A stretch of DNA of 64,000 nt. It comes from an uncultured Methanosarcinales archaeon (GTDB taxonomy: Archaea > Nanobdellota > Nanobdellia > Woesearchaeales > UBA11576). The DNA lies in contig CAZNGE010000003.1 of NCBI GenBank assembly GCA_964572875.1, positions 12,377 through 76,376 on the forward strand, read 5' to 3'. Under the pieces are notes generated by a model. The model did no database searches and had not been told where the DNA came from. It saw nothing but the letters and a program-made list of their open reading frames with translations. This document shows, piece after piece, positions 45,346 to 55,166 of this stretch (position 1 is the stretch's first letter; every line of letters begins with the position of its first letter). The position numbers and the translations under genes were made by a program.

Positions 45346-47931
45346 ATGGCTGAAGGAGCACAGGAACAGTACGCGTACAAGAAGGTCAAGAGCCTTGTAT
45401 TCGGAGTGCTGAGCCCGAAGTTCATCAAGAAGATGTCCTCGGCAAAGGTAGTCACGCCTGAGCTGTATGACAAGGAAGGATATCCTGTCGACGGCGGGCT
45501 CATGGACACCAGGCTCGGCGTGATAGACCCGGGACTCAAGTGCAGGACCTGCGGCTGCAAGCTCAAGGAATGCATCGGCCATTTCGGCTACATCGAGCTG
45601 GCCAGGCCGGTCATACACATCAAGTTCGTCACGCTCATACAGGTGCTCCTCAAGGCGACGTGCAGGGAGTGCGGCAAGGTAATGATATCCAAGGCCAAGA
45701 AGGAGAAATATCTCGCAGAGATAGACACCATACTCAAGGAGAAGGACGTCGAGGCCATGAGGGTCTTCGTCAAGTCGGTGGTTCTGAAGGATCTGGTCGC
45801 GCAGACCAAGTGCCCGCACTGCAAGTCAAGGCAGCAGAAGATTGCCATAGAGAAACCGACATCCTTCCTCGAGAACGACAAGAGGCTCAGCCCCATAGAG
45901 ATCAGGACAAGGATGGAGAAGGTATCAGACGATGAGCTCCCGCTATTCGGAATGGAAGCGAGGCATATCAGGCCTGAATGGCTCGTGCTGACAGTGCTCC
46001 CCATCCCCCCGGTCACGATGAGGCCTTCAATCACCCTGGAATCAGGGGAGAGGAGCGAGGACGACCTCACGCACAAGCTCGGCGACATAGTCAGGATAAA
46101 CCAGAGGCTGTTCGAGAACATCAACGCCGGCGCGCCTGAGATAATCATAGAGGACCTGTGGGACCTATTGCAGTATCACGTCACGACTTTCTTCGACAAT
46201 GACGTGGCTCAGCTCCCGCCAGCAAGGCACAGGTCAGGCCAGCCGCTCAAGACGATAACAGAGAGGATCAAGTCCAAGGAAGGGCGAATCAGGCACAACC
46301 TGGCAGGGAAGAGGACAAACTTCTCGGCAAGGACAGTCATATCCCCTGACCCCATGATCTCGCTGAACGAGGTGGGCGTCCCGAAAATCGTCGCCATGAA
46401 GCTCACAGTCCCTGAGAGGATGACCGAGTGGAATCTGGAATACCTCAAGAAATTCGTCGAGAGAGGTCCCAAGGAATACCCTGGCGCGAACTACGTGGTC
46501 AGGCCTGACGGCAAGAAGAAACGCATCACAGACGAGATGAAGGAGCAGATACTCGAAGAGCTCCAGCCAGGATACTCTGTCGAGAGGCATCTCATGGATG
46601 GAGACATCGCGATATTCAACAGGCAGCCTTCGCTGCACAAGATGAGCATGATGTGCCACGAGGTCAGGGTCCTCCCTGCCAAGACATTCAGGCTCAACCC
46701 CGCGGTATGCGCACCTTACAACGCGGACTTCGACGGGGACGAGATGAACCTGCACATACCCCAGACAGAGGAGGCGAGGGCAGAGGCAGAGACGCTCATG
46801 AAGGTGCAGACGCAGCTGATATCCTCAGGATTCGGCCTCAGCGTGATAGGCTGCATACAGGACGGCATATCAGGAAACTACATACTCACAAAGCACGTCG
46901 AGCTGCCCAGGCAGAAGGCGATAGACCTGCTTCTTGCAGCAGGGGTTGCGGATATTTCCGGCCTTCCAAACAGGGAGACCATAACCGGGCAGGAGATGTT
47001 CAGCACAGTACTGCCTAACGACTTCGACTTCAGGGGAAAGGACAAGACAGGTAAAGAAGTCCTGATAAAGAAAGGCAAGCTGTCGGGGATCATGGATACT
47101 GCCAACCTCGGCCAGGGCTCAGGCCTGATGCTCAGGGACATCCACAAGAACTATGGCGCAGAGTTCACCGCCGAGTTCATAAGCAGGGTCATGAAGCTGG
47201 GGATATTCGTGCTCATGAGACACGGCTTCACTACGTCCATAGCGGACACAGACCTGCCTAAGGAGGCTACCAACAAGATCAAGGAGATACTTGACGATGC
47301 CTACAAGCAGGTAGACATACTCGTAGACCAGTACCACAAGAATGACCTGGAGACATTCCCGGGCAAGACCATGGCAGAGACCCTCGAGCTGAAGATACTC
47401 GAGGCTCTCAACAAGGCAAGGAACCTGACAGGAGAGGTAGTCAATGACTATTCCATAAAAGAGACCGGGACCATAATGATGGCAAGGTCAGGATCCAGGG
47501 GAAAGCCGCTCAACCTCGCACAGATGGCAGCATGCGTCGGACAGCAGGCCATGAGGGGCGGAAGGATAACCACAGGATACAAGGACAGGACATTATCATG
47601 CTTCAAGCAGGGAGACCTCAGCCCTGCAGCACACGGGTTCATAAGGAGCAGCTTCAAGGACGGCCTTGACCCTGCAGAGTTCTTCTTCATGGGAATGACC
47701 GGAAGAGACTCGCTGATGGATACTGCGCTGAGGACACCCAAGTCAGGATACCTATACAGGAGGCTGGCGAATGCGCTGCAGGACCTGAAGGTAGAGTACG
47801 ACGACACCGTACGCGATGCGTCAAAGAAAGTGGTGCAGTTCAGCTATGGCGAGGACGGCATGGACGTGTCCAAGTCAGAGAAAGGCACGATCAACGTCAA
47901 GAGGATAATCGCCGAGATTACCGGCAAGTAA
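45346..47931 (+). CDS. rpoA1: DNA-directed RNA polymerase subunit A' (Rpo1N)
   Basis: 861 aa with N-terminal Zn motifs (CRTCGCKLKECIGHFG) and the catalytic YNADFDGDEMNLH. Confidence 0.96.
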   Translation: MAEGAQEQYAYKKVKSLVFGVLSPKFIKKMSSAKVVTPELYDKEGYPVDGGLMDTRLGVIDPGLKCRTCGCKLKECIGHFGYIELARPVIHIKFVTLIQVLLKATCRECGKVMISKAKKEKYLAEIDTILKEKDVEAMRVFVKSVVLKDLVAQTKCPHCKSRQQKIAIEKPTSFLENDKRLSPIEIRTRMEKVSDDELPLFGMEARHIRPEWLVLTVLPIPPVTMRPSITLESGERSEDDLTHKLGDIVRINQRLFENINAGAPEIIIEDLWDLLQYHVTTFFDNDVAQLPPARHRSGQPLKTITERIKSKEGRIRHNLAGKRTNFSARTVISPDPMISLNEVGVPKIVAMKLTVPERMTEWNLEYLKKFVERGPKEYPGANYVVRPDGKKKRITDEMKEQILEELQPGYSVERHLMDGDIAIFNRQPSLHKMSMMCHEVRVLPAKTFRLNPAVCAPYNADFDGDEMNLHIPQTEEARAEAETLMKVQTQLISSGFGLSVIGCIQDGISGNYILTKHVELPRQKAIDLLLAAGVADISGLPNRETITGQEMFSTVLPNDFDFRGKDKTGKEVLIKKGKLSGIMDTANLGQGSGLMLRDIHKNYGAEFTAEFISRVMKLGIFVLMRHGFTTSIADTDLPKEATNKIKEILDDAYKQVDILVDQYHKNDLETFPGKTMAETLELKILEALNKARNLTGEVVNDYSIKETGTIMMARSGSRGKPLNLAQMAACVGQQAMRGGRITTGYKDRTLSCFKQGDLSPAAHGFIRSSFKDGLDPAEFFFMGMTGRDSLMDTALRTPKSGYLYRRLANALQDLKVEYDDTVRDASKKVVQFSYGEDGMDVSKSEKGTINVKRIIAEITGK

Positions 47932-47943
47932 GGAGCGATCAAG

Positions 47944-49074
47944 ATGGAAGCCCTATTCAAGAAATACGAAGGCAAGATCCCGCAGAGCCTGCTCGACGAG
48001 ATCAGGAACAACCTGCCGCCCAAGACAGACAAGAAGAAGGCGGAAGCGGTCTTCAAGAAGGTCCTGGAAGAGTATGAGAACGCCAAGGTAGAGGCGGGAG
48101 AGTCGGTCGGCCTCATCGCAGCAGAGTCGATAGGCGAGCAGGGCACGCAAATGACACTCAACACGTTCCACTACGCAGGTGTCGCAGAGATGAACGTCAC
48201 AGTGGGACTTCCCAGGCTGATAGAGATCCTCGACGGCAGGAAGAACATCTCCACGCCCATGATGGAGATACACCTGAAATCCCCATACAGCAAGGGCAAG
48301 GACATAAAGCAGATCGCGATGTCAATCAAGGAGACGAAGCTCAAGGACATCGCTTCGGAATTCTCGATAAACGTCGCAGAGCTCATAGTGGAGGTCGTGG
48401 TGGACCAGAAGAAGCTCGAGATGATAGGCATCGACATGTCCAAGGTCGCGAAGGCAGTGGAGAAATCCGCAAAGGAAGGCAATGTCAAGGCAAAGGAGAA
48501 CATAATAACGATAAAGGCCGGCAAGGACGAGGGGCTGAATGAGCTGTACAAGCTCAAGGAGAAGATAAAAGGCATACACATCTCAGGCATAAAGGACGTG
48601 TACCAGGTCCTGCCCGTCCGCAGAGGGGATGAGTTCATAATCATAACTGCAGGGTCTAACCTGAAGGAGGCGTTCGCGAATGAATACGTGGATGCGGAGA
48701 GGACCACGACAAACAATGTCTATGAGGTGTCTCTGGTGCTGGGTATAGAGGCCGCAAGGCAATCCATAATCAACGAGGTGTTCAAGGTCATCGAGAACCA
48801 GGGCCTGAACATCGATAAGAGGCACATGATGATTGTCGCAGACATGATGTGCAACTCAGGCTCGATCAAGGGCGTGACAAGGTACGGCGTCGTGAGCCAG
48901 AAGGCATCTGTCCTGGCAAAGGCATCGTTCGAGACACCTATAAGGCATATAATCGCAGCAGCGATGATAGGCGAAGAGGACAAGCTCAACTCCGTGGTGG
49001 AGAACGTGATGCTCAACCAGCCTGTCCCTGTAGGCACTGGCCTTCCAGGGCTGCTGACAAAGATAAAGAAATAA
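47944..49074 (+). CDS. rpoA2: DNA-directed RNA polymerase subunit A'' (Rpo1C)
   Basis: 376 aa. [29 protein letters not shown] is the trigger-loop region, and the operon position fits. Confidence 0.95.
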   Translation: MEALFKKYEGKIPQSLLDEIRNNLPPKTDKKKAEAVFKKVLEEYENAKVEAGESVGLIAAESIGEQGTQMTLNTFHYAGVAEMNVTVGLPRLIEILDGRKNISTPMMEIHLKSPYSKGKDIKQIAMSIKETKLKDIASEFSINVAELIVEVVVDQKKLEMIGIDMSKVAKAVEKSAKEGNVKAKENIITIKAGKDEGLNELYKLKEKIKGIHISGIKDVYQVLPVRRGDEFIIITAGSNLKEAFANEYVDAERTTTNNVYEVSLVLGIEAARQSIINEVFKVIENQGLNIDKRHMMIVADMMCNSGSIKGVTRYGVVSQKASVLAKASFETPIRHIIAAAMIGEEDKLNSVVENVMLNQPVPVGTGLPGLLTKIKK

Positions 49075-49105
49075 GGATGTGGATCAGGACATATCATGAT
49101 ACAAG

Positions 49106-49384
49106 GTGCAAAAAATGGCTGACATCATAGGAGAGATAAAGAAACTCGTGAAAGAGCGCAAGCTCGTGATAGGCGCTGACGAGACACTCAAGGGCCTCAG
49201 GACAGGGAAGTTCGCCAAGGTATACCTGGCTTCGAACTGCGCTGAGCAGCTGAAAGAGGATATAATGCATCATGCTGGGATTGCAGGCGTAGAGGTTGTC
49301 GATACAGGCATCGTGAACGATGAGCTGGGCGACATATGCAAGAAACCTTACTCCATCGCTGTGATGGGCCTGCTGAAAGAATAG
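49106..49384 (+). CDS. rpl30e: 50S ribosomal protein L30e
   Basis: KLVIGADETLKGLRTGKFAKVYLASNC...GIAGVEV...ELGDICKKPYSIAVMGL matches L30e. It holds the conserved position after rpoA''. The start may be the ATG at 49115. Confidence 0.9.
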   Translation: MQKMADIIGEIKKLVKERKLVIGADETLKGLRTGKFAKVYLASNCAEQLKEDIMHHAGIAGVEVVDTGIVNDELGDICKKPYSIAVMGLLKE

Positions 49385-49409
49385 ATAATCGGATAATCGG
49401 TTGTGAAAC

Positions 49410-49835
49410 GTGGCTACAAAAATCGTTTTTGATGAGGACATTCTCAAGAAGATGTCCCTGTTCGAGTCCATAACACGGGCCAAGCTGAAAGACTTCTTTG
49501 ACGACCCTGTACAGGAGCGTCTCGTGTTCATAGTCCAGCCAGGCGAGCTCTGGAGAGCACTGGGCAAGAAGAGCTCCAACGTCAAGCGGCTCGAGAACAC
49601 GTTCAAGCGCAAGATAAAGATTGTGGAGTATAACCCCGACCTCGTCACATTCATCAAGAACATGGCCCATCCGCTCAAGATCCATGACGTGACTGAGGAG
49701 GACGGGATTGTCGTGATCAGGCATGATGACATGCAGACAAAAGGCCTTCTTATAGGGAAAAACGCCCGAAATCTCAGGAACATGGAGACCAATGTCAGGC
49801 GTTATTTCGAAGTGAAAGAGATAAAGGTCATGTAG
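49410..49835 (+). CDS. nusA: archaeal NusA-like transcription termination factor (two KH domains)
   Basis: GTG start, 141 aa. The KH GxxG motifs are LGKKSSNVKRL and LIGKNARNLRNM. It holds the conserved position after L30e. Confidence 0.88.
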   Translation: MATKIVFDEDILKKMSLFESITRAKLKDFFDDPVQERLVFIVQPGELWRALGKKSSNVKRLENTFKRKIKIVEYNPDLVTFIKNMAHPLKIHDVTEEDGIVVIRHDDMQTKGLLIGKNARNLRNMETNVRRYFEVKEIKVM

Positions 49836-50067
49836 GTTTTTAAGGGTTTTTGGTTAGTATTGGTTACTAAATTCTGTTATTTTATCATTTTTTCGTTGAA
49901 ATGTAAAATATATCTTGGATACTTTTATTATGTTTCACTGCTTATCATATTATGTCGGGTTGTCGGCTACTTTGGTGGAGGATGTTCTTCTTTCACCACT
50001 TAATAGTCACTACAAGGCAAAAGCTTTATATACTATAAGATAATAACGGGTTCGGGTGCTATGTGAG

Positions 50068-50580
50068 ATGTTGGGCGAAGGAGACAATCCTAAAGACGTG
50101 TACGCGCGTGGTGTAGATGTAGACGTATCGGATCTAGACGACCGTGTAGAGAGTGTTTATGATTCCGGAACATATGAATGGGCCAGGCCTGTATCCAAGG
50201 TATGGGAGCGGACAGCGCTGTCCAAGGCCATAGGTGAGTATGTCGCGAACCAGAGAGCTGACGGCAGGATAGTCACAGTCCGATCGGAAGCTGTCAACAA
50301 CTTACGGGAACTCACGTTCAAAGACACAGGCATGAGGCTGATATATCTCTTCAAGGATAAGCACCTGAAGAAGGCAAGAAAGGTGCTGAGGGAAGAGTCA
50401 TTGTTCATACTCCCTACAGACATAACAGACTGCATAGACAGGGTGATTGCATTCCCCTATGCGTACACATCAATCACGACAGTATGTGAGCTGGACAGAT
50501 ATAACAAGGAAGATGTCAACGAAAAGCTCAGAAACATAGAAAGTATCGTGGCTCAATCGACAGAACCTCAGGCAACCTAA
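50068..50580 (+). CDS. hypothetical protein (orphan operon gene 1)
   Basis: ATG at 50068 (the ORF track uses GTG at 50056). The stop lies 1 nt before the next start. No family recognised. Confidence 0.6.
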   Translation: MLGEGDNPKDVYARGVDVDVSDLDDRVESVYDSGTYEWARPVSKVWERTALSKAIGEYVANQRADGRIVTVRSEAVNNLRELTFKDTGMRLIYLFKDKHLKKARKVLREESLFILPTDITDCIDRVIAFPYAYTSITTVCELDRYNKEDVNEKLRNIESIVAQSTEPQAT

Positions 50581-50581
50581 A

Positions 50582-52204
50582 ATGCTGGAAAAAATGCGAG
50601 ACGCCAAAGCTGCAGAGGGTCGGGAAATGACCAAGTTTCAGCTAGCCATAGAGAGACTGCTGGCAGAAGAGGCTGCAGGAATATCTATAACTCCCTGTCT
50701 TGGTACAGGTAATCAGGAATGGGAGATAGAACTTGATTATCAGTTCAAGGCCATCTATAGCATCAAAGGGAGGGTCGAAGAGATCCAGTTCATCGCGCCG
50801 GGCATGAAAGCAGGCAGCCCTGACACTTCTGTCACTGCGTTCCTGAGCACAAAAAGGTCAGAGGAAGATATCTATAACGAATGCCGTAGGGCATATAGTG
50901 CCGCAATGGCCTGGTGTGAGAAAGAGCCTGATTATATTCCTGTGGATGTTGACCTGAGTGAACTGGAGAATGATGATGGCGCTATCCTGCTCACCAAAAA
51001 GAGTTCCAGCGCAACACTTGAACAGCAGTGCGCATCCGTAGACCCTGTCAAATATCCACCTGACAAACCTTTTGATATCAATGAGCTCTTCACTCCTGAC
51101 GAGCCTTTTGAGATACTTGAACCTTCTGACGAAGACTTTGACATAGATGTCGATGAGGTGGACGATGCTGATTTCCACCTGCCCAGGATAGATGCCGATC
51201 CTGTATCGCTCGAGCCTAAAGAGGTTGTGCTGACCGACCAGGAGCTGGTTGAGATCATAGACGAGATAGACCTGGAGACAGGCCTCAGGAGGAGGAACCT
51301 CGCGAACGAGGAGATCGTCAGCCTCAACGCACCCGTAGCAGCCTGCCTGTCAGGCAATCTCGACACCCTGCGCAGCATGGAGGAATATGATCATCTCTTC
51401 ATCATCACCCAGAAGTATGTTGTCGATGCAGGCCCGAAAGGAGTCCTGATGAGATATACCGATGTCCCTGAACGCCCGCTGGAAGAGGCAGACGAACAGG
51501 TACTGATGGACCTGCTCTACAAGATTGTAGATCTAAGGAATATACCTGAAGACAAGAAATATAAGATGGAGCAGCATTTCGAGAGGGGGATGGCCAAGAT
51601 GGGACGGAAGTTCCCGAAGATGCTGCAGTTCCTCTACGAGAATGAAGGCGACATCCTCGTGTATTCTGATGCGATAAGCCCTGTGAATGTCGTGAACGAG
51701 ATATTCCCTAATCAAGGGGTCGTTGCTATTTATTCCAATGACGCCAGCATGGTGCGGGAAATAGCATCCTGCATCATGAAAAATGACCAGGACAAGGAGC
51801 TATCGATGCAGGGCATAGACAGAAAAGCGTGCTCGCTGGATTCCGGCGAAGTCAAGGTGCAGTTCATCGGACATGTCTCGAGGAAGGCATTTGCGCAGTA
51901 CGCTGCAGGAGTAAGAGAACAGTTCAATGAGCTCAGCAGGAAGGTGCTTGAAGGAAACGACGACGGTCAGTACGATGCACATGGCGCAAGGGCCAGGGAA
52001 GAGGTGCTGCCTTTTGAGAAGCTCGGCCTCGGGTACTATGACGATGAGTTCGAGAGTGTGCCTACAGTTCCTGACGTGAAGAAGATGGCAGGCATAGCAC
52101 CTGATGATGAAGAGAGGCTGATACAGAGCAAGATACAGGACGGAGTGCGGAGACACCTGCGCCTGATATACAGTGCTGGTATGAAGAAAGCGAACGGGGA
52201 GTGA
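50582..52204 (+). CDS. hypothetical protein with very acidic central linker (orphan operon gene 2)
   Basis: 540 aa with the central linker DEPFEILEPSDEDFDIDVDEVDDADFHLPRIDADP. No family recognised. Confidence 0.65.
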   Translation: MLEKMRDAKAAEGREMTKFQLAIERLLAEEAAGISITPCLGTGNQEWEIELDYQFKAIYSIKGRVEEIQFIAPGMKAGSPDTSVTAFLSTKRSEEDIYNECRRAYSAAMAWCEKEPDYIPVDVDLSELENDDGAILLTKKSSSATLEQQCASVDPVKYPPDKPFDINELFTPDEPFEILEPSDEDFDIDVDEVDDADFHLPRIDADPVSLEPKEVVLTDQELVEIIDEIDLETGLRRRNLANEEIVSLNAPVAACLSGNLDTLRSMEEYDHLFIITQKYVVDAGPKGVLMRYTDVPERPLEEADEQVLMDLLYKIVDLRNIPEDKKYKMEQHFERGMAKMGRKFPKMLQFLYENEGDILVYSDAISPVNVVNEIFPNQGVVAIYSNDASMVREIASCIMKNDQDKELSMQGIDRKACSLDSGEVKVQFIGHVSRKAFAQYAAGVREQFNELSRKVLEGNDDGQYDAHGARAREEVLPFEKLGLGYYDDEFESVPTVPDVKKMAGIAPDDEERLIQSKIQDGVRRHLRLIYSAGMKKANGE

Positions 52205-52206
52205 AG

Positions 52207-52869
52207 ATGACACAACCAGAATACGACGATCCGAGGGAATACAAGACAAAAGGCGTATTCACGCAGACAGCTGACGCAGAAGCGCTCATAAGACTGGCTG
52301 CGACAAGGTTCAAGGATGAAGGCAAGATCGCCTCAGTCCATAATACTGCAGATGATATAAGAGAGATGCTCATCGTCGACGGTACAGACATAAGCAGGAT
52401 CATAGTCCATTTCGAGCCTCTTAATAATTCTGAAACCATCAGGGTAGAGGACCTGTTCATAGTCGGGCCTGACGTCCAGGACAGTGCAGAGACCATAATA
52501 TCAAGGCCAGACCTGTTCTATCACAGGAGGTCTGCAGTACCTATCGGGGATTATACAGAACCGCAGGTCCAGACGAAGATGGACTTCATCTATGGGGCAT
52601 ATGAAGAGGCGATGGCGCAGGGCGCGAAAAAGATGGAAAGGACGCCATCACAGCCCGGCGCGCAGTCGCTCGACGATAAGCTCGAGGACCCTCTTGACCT
52701 TCTTAGCATAGTGGTCGACACGTCAGAGATTGACTCTGAGCTCCTGAAAGAGGTGCGGGCAGCAGGCAAAGAGCATGCAGGGCAGGAAGCTCCTGCAGAT
52801 CTGAGCCCTGAAACAGGCAGCCCAGAGGATCTCGCGATAGCGTATCTTGAAGGGACCAATAAGAAGTGA
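52207..52869 (+). CDS. hypothetical protein (orphan operon gene 3)
   Basis: ATG at 52207, 2 nt after the upstream stop, preceded by GGGAG. 220 aa and acidic. No family recognised. Confidence 0.6.
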   Translation: MTQPEYDDPREYKTKGVFTQTADAEALIRLAATRFKDEGKIASVHNTADDIREMLIVDGTDISRIIVHFEPLNNSETIRVEDLFIVGPDVQDSAETIISRPDLFYHRRSAVPIGDYTEPQVQTKMDFIYGAYEEAMAQGAKKMERTPSQPGAQSLDDKLEDPLDLLSIVVDTSEIDSELLKEVRAAGKEHAGQEAPADLSPETGSPEDLAIAYLEGTNKK

Positions 52870-52904
52870 TAATAAAATAAAAAATTATTTTTTATTTCTT
52901 GGTT

Positions 52905-54764
52905 TCAGTAATTCACCAACACCTCAACATCCCTGCCGAAGATGCCCTTGAGCTTCTCGAAGATGGGCTCCTTGATGAATACTTTCGGCGGTATGTTGTA
53001 TTTGGCGAGATGTTCCTCCAACTCCTCAAGGTTCGACTTCCTTATGTCGCCGAGCGAGCCGTTCTCTAGTATCGTGGCCTTTGTTATCTCACGCTCATCG
53101 GCGTCCACATCATGTATGATGAAAGCAGTGTCTTCCAGCAGCAGGATCTCGCCGTACTTGTCGCCGTGCTTGACCCTTATGCGGGCGCGCTCGAGCTCGC
53201 GCCCCCTCTTGCGCTGCATGTACTCGACAAGGAACTTCACGAGCTCCCTGCTCTCCTTCTTGACATTCTCGATGTCAGCCTTGGTGAGGTTCTTCTCGTC
53301 ATAGTCCTTCTTCGACTTTATCACGTGGTTGAGCATCCTGAGGTATTTCTCAGGTATCTTGCCCCTGTGGACAAGCTCCTGCTCAAAGAACTTGATGACC
53401 TCAACGTCCCTGACGCGCTCGATGCCCTCAAGGGTGAGGACGTCGCGTATTATAGTGACCACTGTCTCATAGACGTGCAGCATGGACTCCTCTTCCTTCA
53501 TCTTCTCGATCTGCGTGAAGAGGCGCTTGAGGCGCTTGAGATACTTGTCTGCCTTGTCAAGAAGCTCATCAACCTCCTTGCCTGAGACCTCCTTGATGTC
53601 GCCGTGCTCTATGCCCTTGTAGTACTTCCTGATCTCCTTAAGGGTCTCGAGGTATTTCTCCTCGAGAAGCTTCTCCTTCTTGACGAACAGGTCCTCCACG
53701 AGATTTATGGTCTCCTTTGGTGTCGGAGGCGGAACGCCATAGAGCATCAGCGCCGCCTGGGTAGGCGTCAGGGTGCTCCAGTACAGCTCTGTCTCGACAA
53801 TCTGCTTGATCTTGCCCTTGACGCGCGAGACCATCTGCTCGCCTGACGCCATGAACATGTCTATAGCCTCTGCGCTGGGCTTGATCTTGCCCATCCTGAG
53901 CAATTGCTTCCAAGGCATGAAAATGCCCCTGTCGTAGAGCGGGACACCATCCCTCAGCACTGTGAAGATGACCGGGTTCGCCTCCTTTATAGACTCCCAG
54001 AAATCAGTCAGGATATATACCTGGATGTTGAGCTTGTTCTTGATGCCGGTCATGTCTCCAGCGTCGAGGCCCATGCCGACGATTATGGCGCGCAGCTTGT
54101 CCTTCAGCTCTGCGCGGGTCATCTTCTTGACGTCAGTGTCATCCACTATTATCGCGACGTCGATGTCAGACTTGTCTGTCGCCTGGCCCCTTGTGAGCGA
54201 GCCGAACAGGACATATGAGACGATGTACTTCTCGAACTTCTTGAGCACCATCTCCTTGTGTATCTCACCTATCTTAAGGGCAGACATCATGCCCGTGTCA
54301 TACACAGGAGCGGACATGGCGAACAGCTGGAGCATCTCGCCCTTGCCGTCATAGCATGACTGCCACACCTCAGAGAGTATGACTGTCTGCGGGACAAGGC
54401 GCTTGTCGATCTCCTGCGCCATCTTGGCCATTATCGCACCGAGCTTGTCCTTGAGCTCCTGCTTGGTCATCTTCTGCGAGTCAGAATCATCCACCAGGAC
54501 CAGGACATTTATCCTGTCCTTATCGACCTTCTCACCTTTCTTCTCAGGAGGGAGCAGGGCAATGCCTATGATGTAATGCTCAAACTTCTTAAGAACGTCT
54601 TTCTGGAACTTGTCAAGCTTGACCTTGATGTCCTTGAGCTTGTCCTGGACATCCTTGGGCAGCTTCTTCAGCATCTCATCCTCTTCTGCCTTCTTTTCTT
54701 CCTTAGCTTCTTTCTTCTCTTCCTGCTTTGCAGCGGATCTGGACTGTTTCTTGGATTTGGTCAT
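52905..54764 (-). CDS. tandem nucleotidyltransferase-fold protein with helical (HEPN-like) C-terminal region
   Basis: ATG at 54764 (MTKSKKQS). The second module has the canonical minimal-NTase motif LFGSLTRGQATDKSDIDVAIIVDDTD. The first module is degenerate (IIGIALLPPEKKGEKVDKDRINVLVLVDDSD). A long helical region follows. Confidence 0.6.
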   Translation of the reverse strand: MTKSKKQSRSAAKQEEKKEAKEEKKAEEDEMLKKLPKDVQDKLKDIKVKLDKFQKDVLKKFEHYIIGIALLPPEKKGEKVDKDRINVLVLVDDSDSQKMTKQELKDKLGAIMAKMAQEIDKRLVPQTVILSEVWQSCYDGKGEMLQLFAMSAPVYDTGMMSALKIGEIHKEMVLKKFEKYIVSYVLFGSLTRGQATDKSDIDVAIIVDDTDVKKMTRAELKDKLRAIIVGMGLDAGDMTGIKNKLNIQVYILTDFWESIKEANPVIFTVLRDGVPLYDRGIFMPWKQLLRMGKIKPSAEAIDMFMASGEQMVSRVKGKIKQIVETELYWSTLTPTQAALMLYGVPPPTPKETINLVEDLFVKKEKLLEEKYLETLKEIRKYYKGIEHGDIKEVSGKEVDELLDKADKYLKRLKRLFTQIEKMKEEESMLHVYETVVTIIRDVLTLEGIERVRDVEVIKFFEQELVHRGKIPEKYLRMLNHVIKSKKDYDEKNLTKADIENVKKESRELVKFLVEYMQRKRGRELERARIRVKHGDKYGEILLLEDTAFIIHDVDADEREITKATILENGSLGDIRKSNLEELEEHLAKYNIPPKVFIKEPIFEKLKGIFGRDVEVLVNY

Positions 54765-54936
54765 TATTGCACCCCGGAACCTTGTTTTAAGCATAAAATA
54801 CTGGTGACTGAGCCATTCTCAACACCGTGCATATGTTAAGGCAGGGAGCTTTATAAATACTTATAAAGGCTATAATATAGGAGTGAGACAAAAAAGTCAT
54901 AGCAGAGCCACCACCATGCGTTCGATTAGATTGTAC

Positions 54937-55045
54937 GCACCCCTGCCACAGCGCTCGCTGACGCATATATTGGCTCTTCTGTTTGCCCAACTGCGATCAT
55001 TAGCACTTCTGAGACTGTGAGCTCGCTAGGCGGTGGCAGGGGTGC
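54937..55045. repeat. intergenic structured hairpin element, family copy B
   Basis: A perfect 13-bp closing stem, GCACCCCTGCCAC (54937-54949) with GTGGCAGGGGTGC (55033-55045). The interior has GCCCAACTGCG (54985-54995) and CGCTAGG (55024-55030), shared with copy A. A TATA-like CTTTATAAATAC lies about 80 nt upstream. Confidence 0.55.
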
Positions 55046-55166
55046 TATCAGAATTGGGTGGAAGGCGGAATATGTTAGATGCAGTGTTGGAGAGGCATAT
55101 GCCGAAACTTTTATAAGGTCTGATGTATATGTTTCGGTTGTTCAAACCACTTAGGAAGGTGATTAA

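Noticed and set aside
49094-49792. 232-aa minus-strand ORF
   Set aside because: It is antisense to both rpl30e and nusA, which are conserved and in the canonical operon order.
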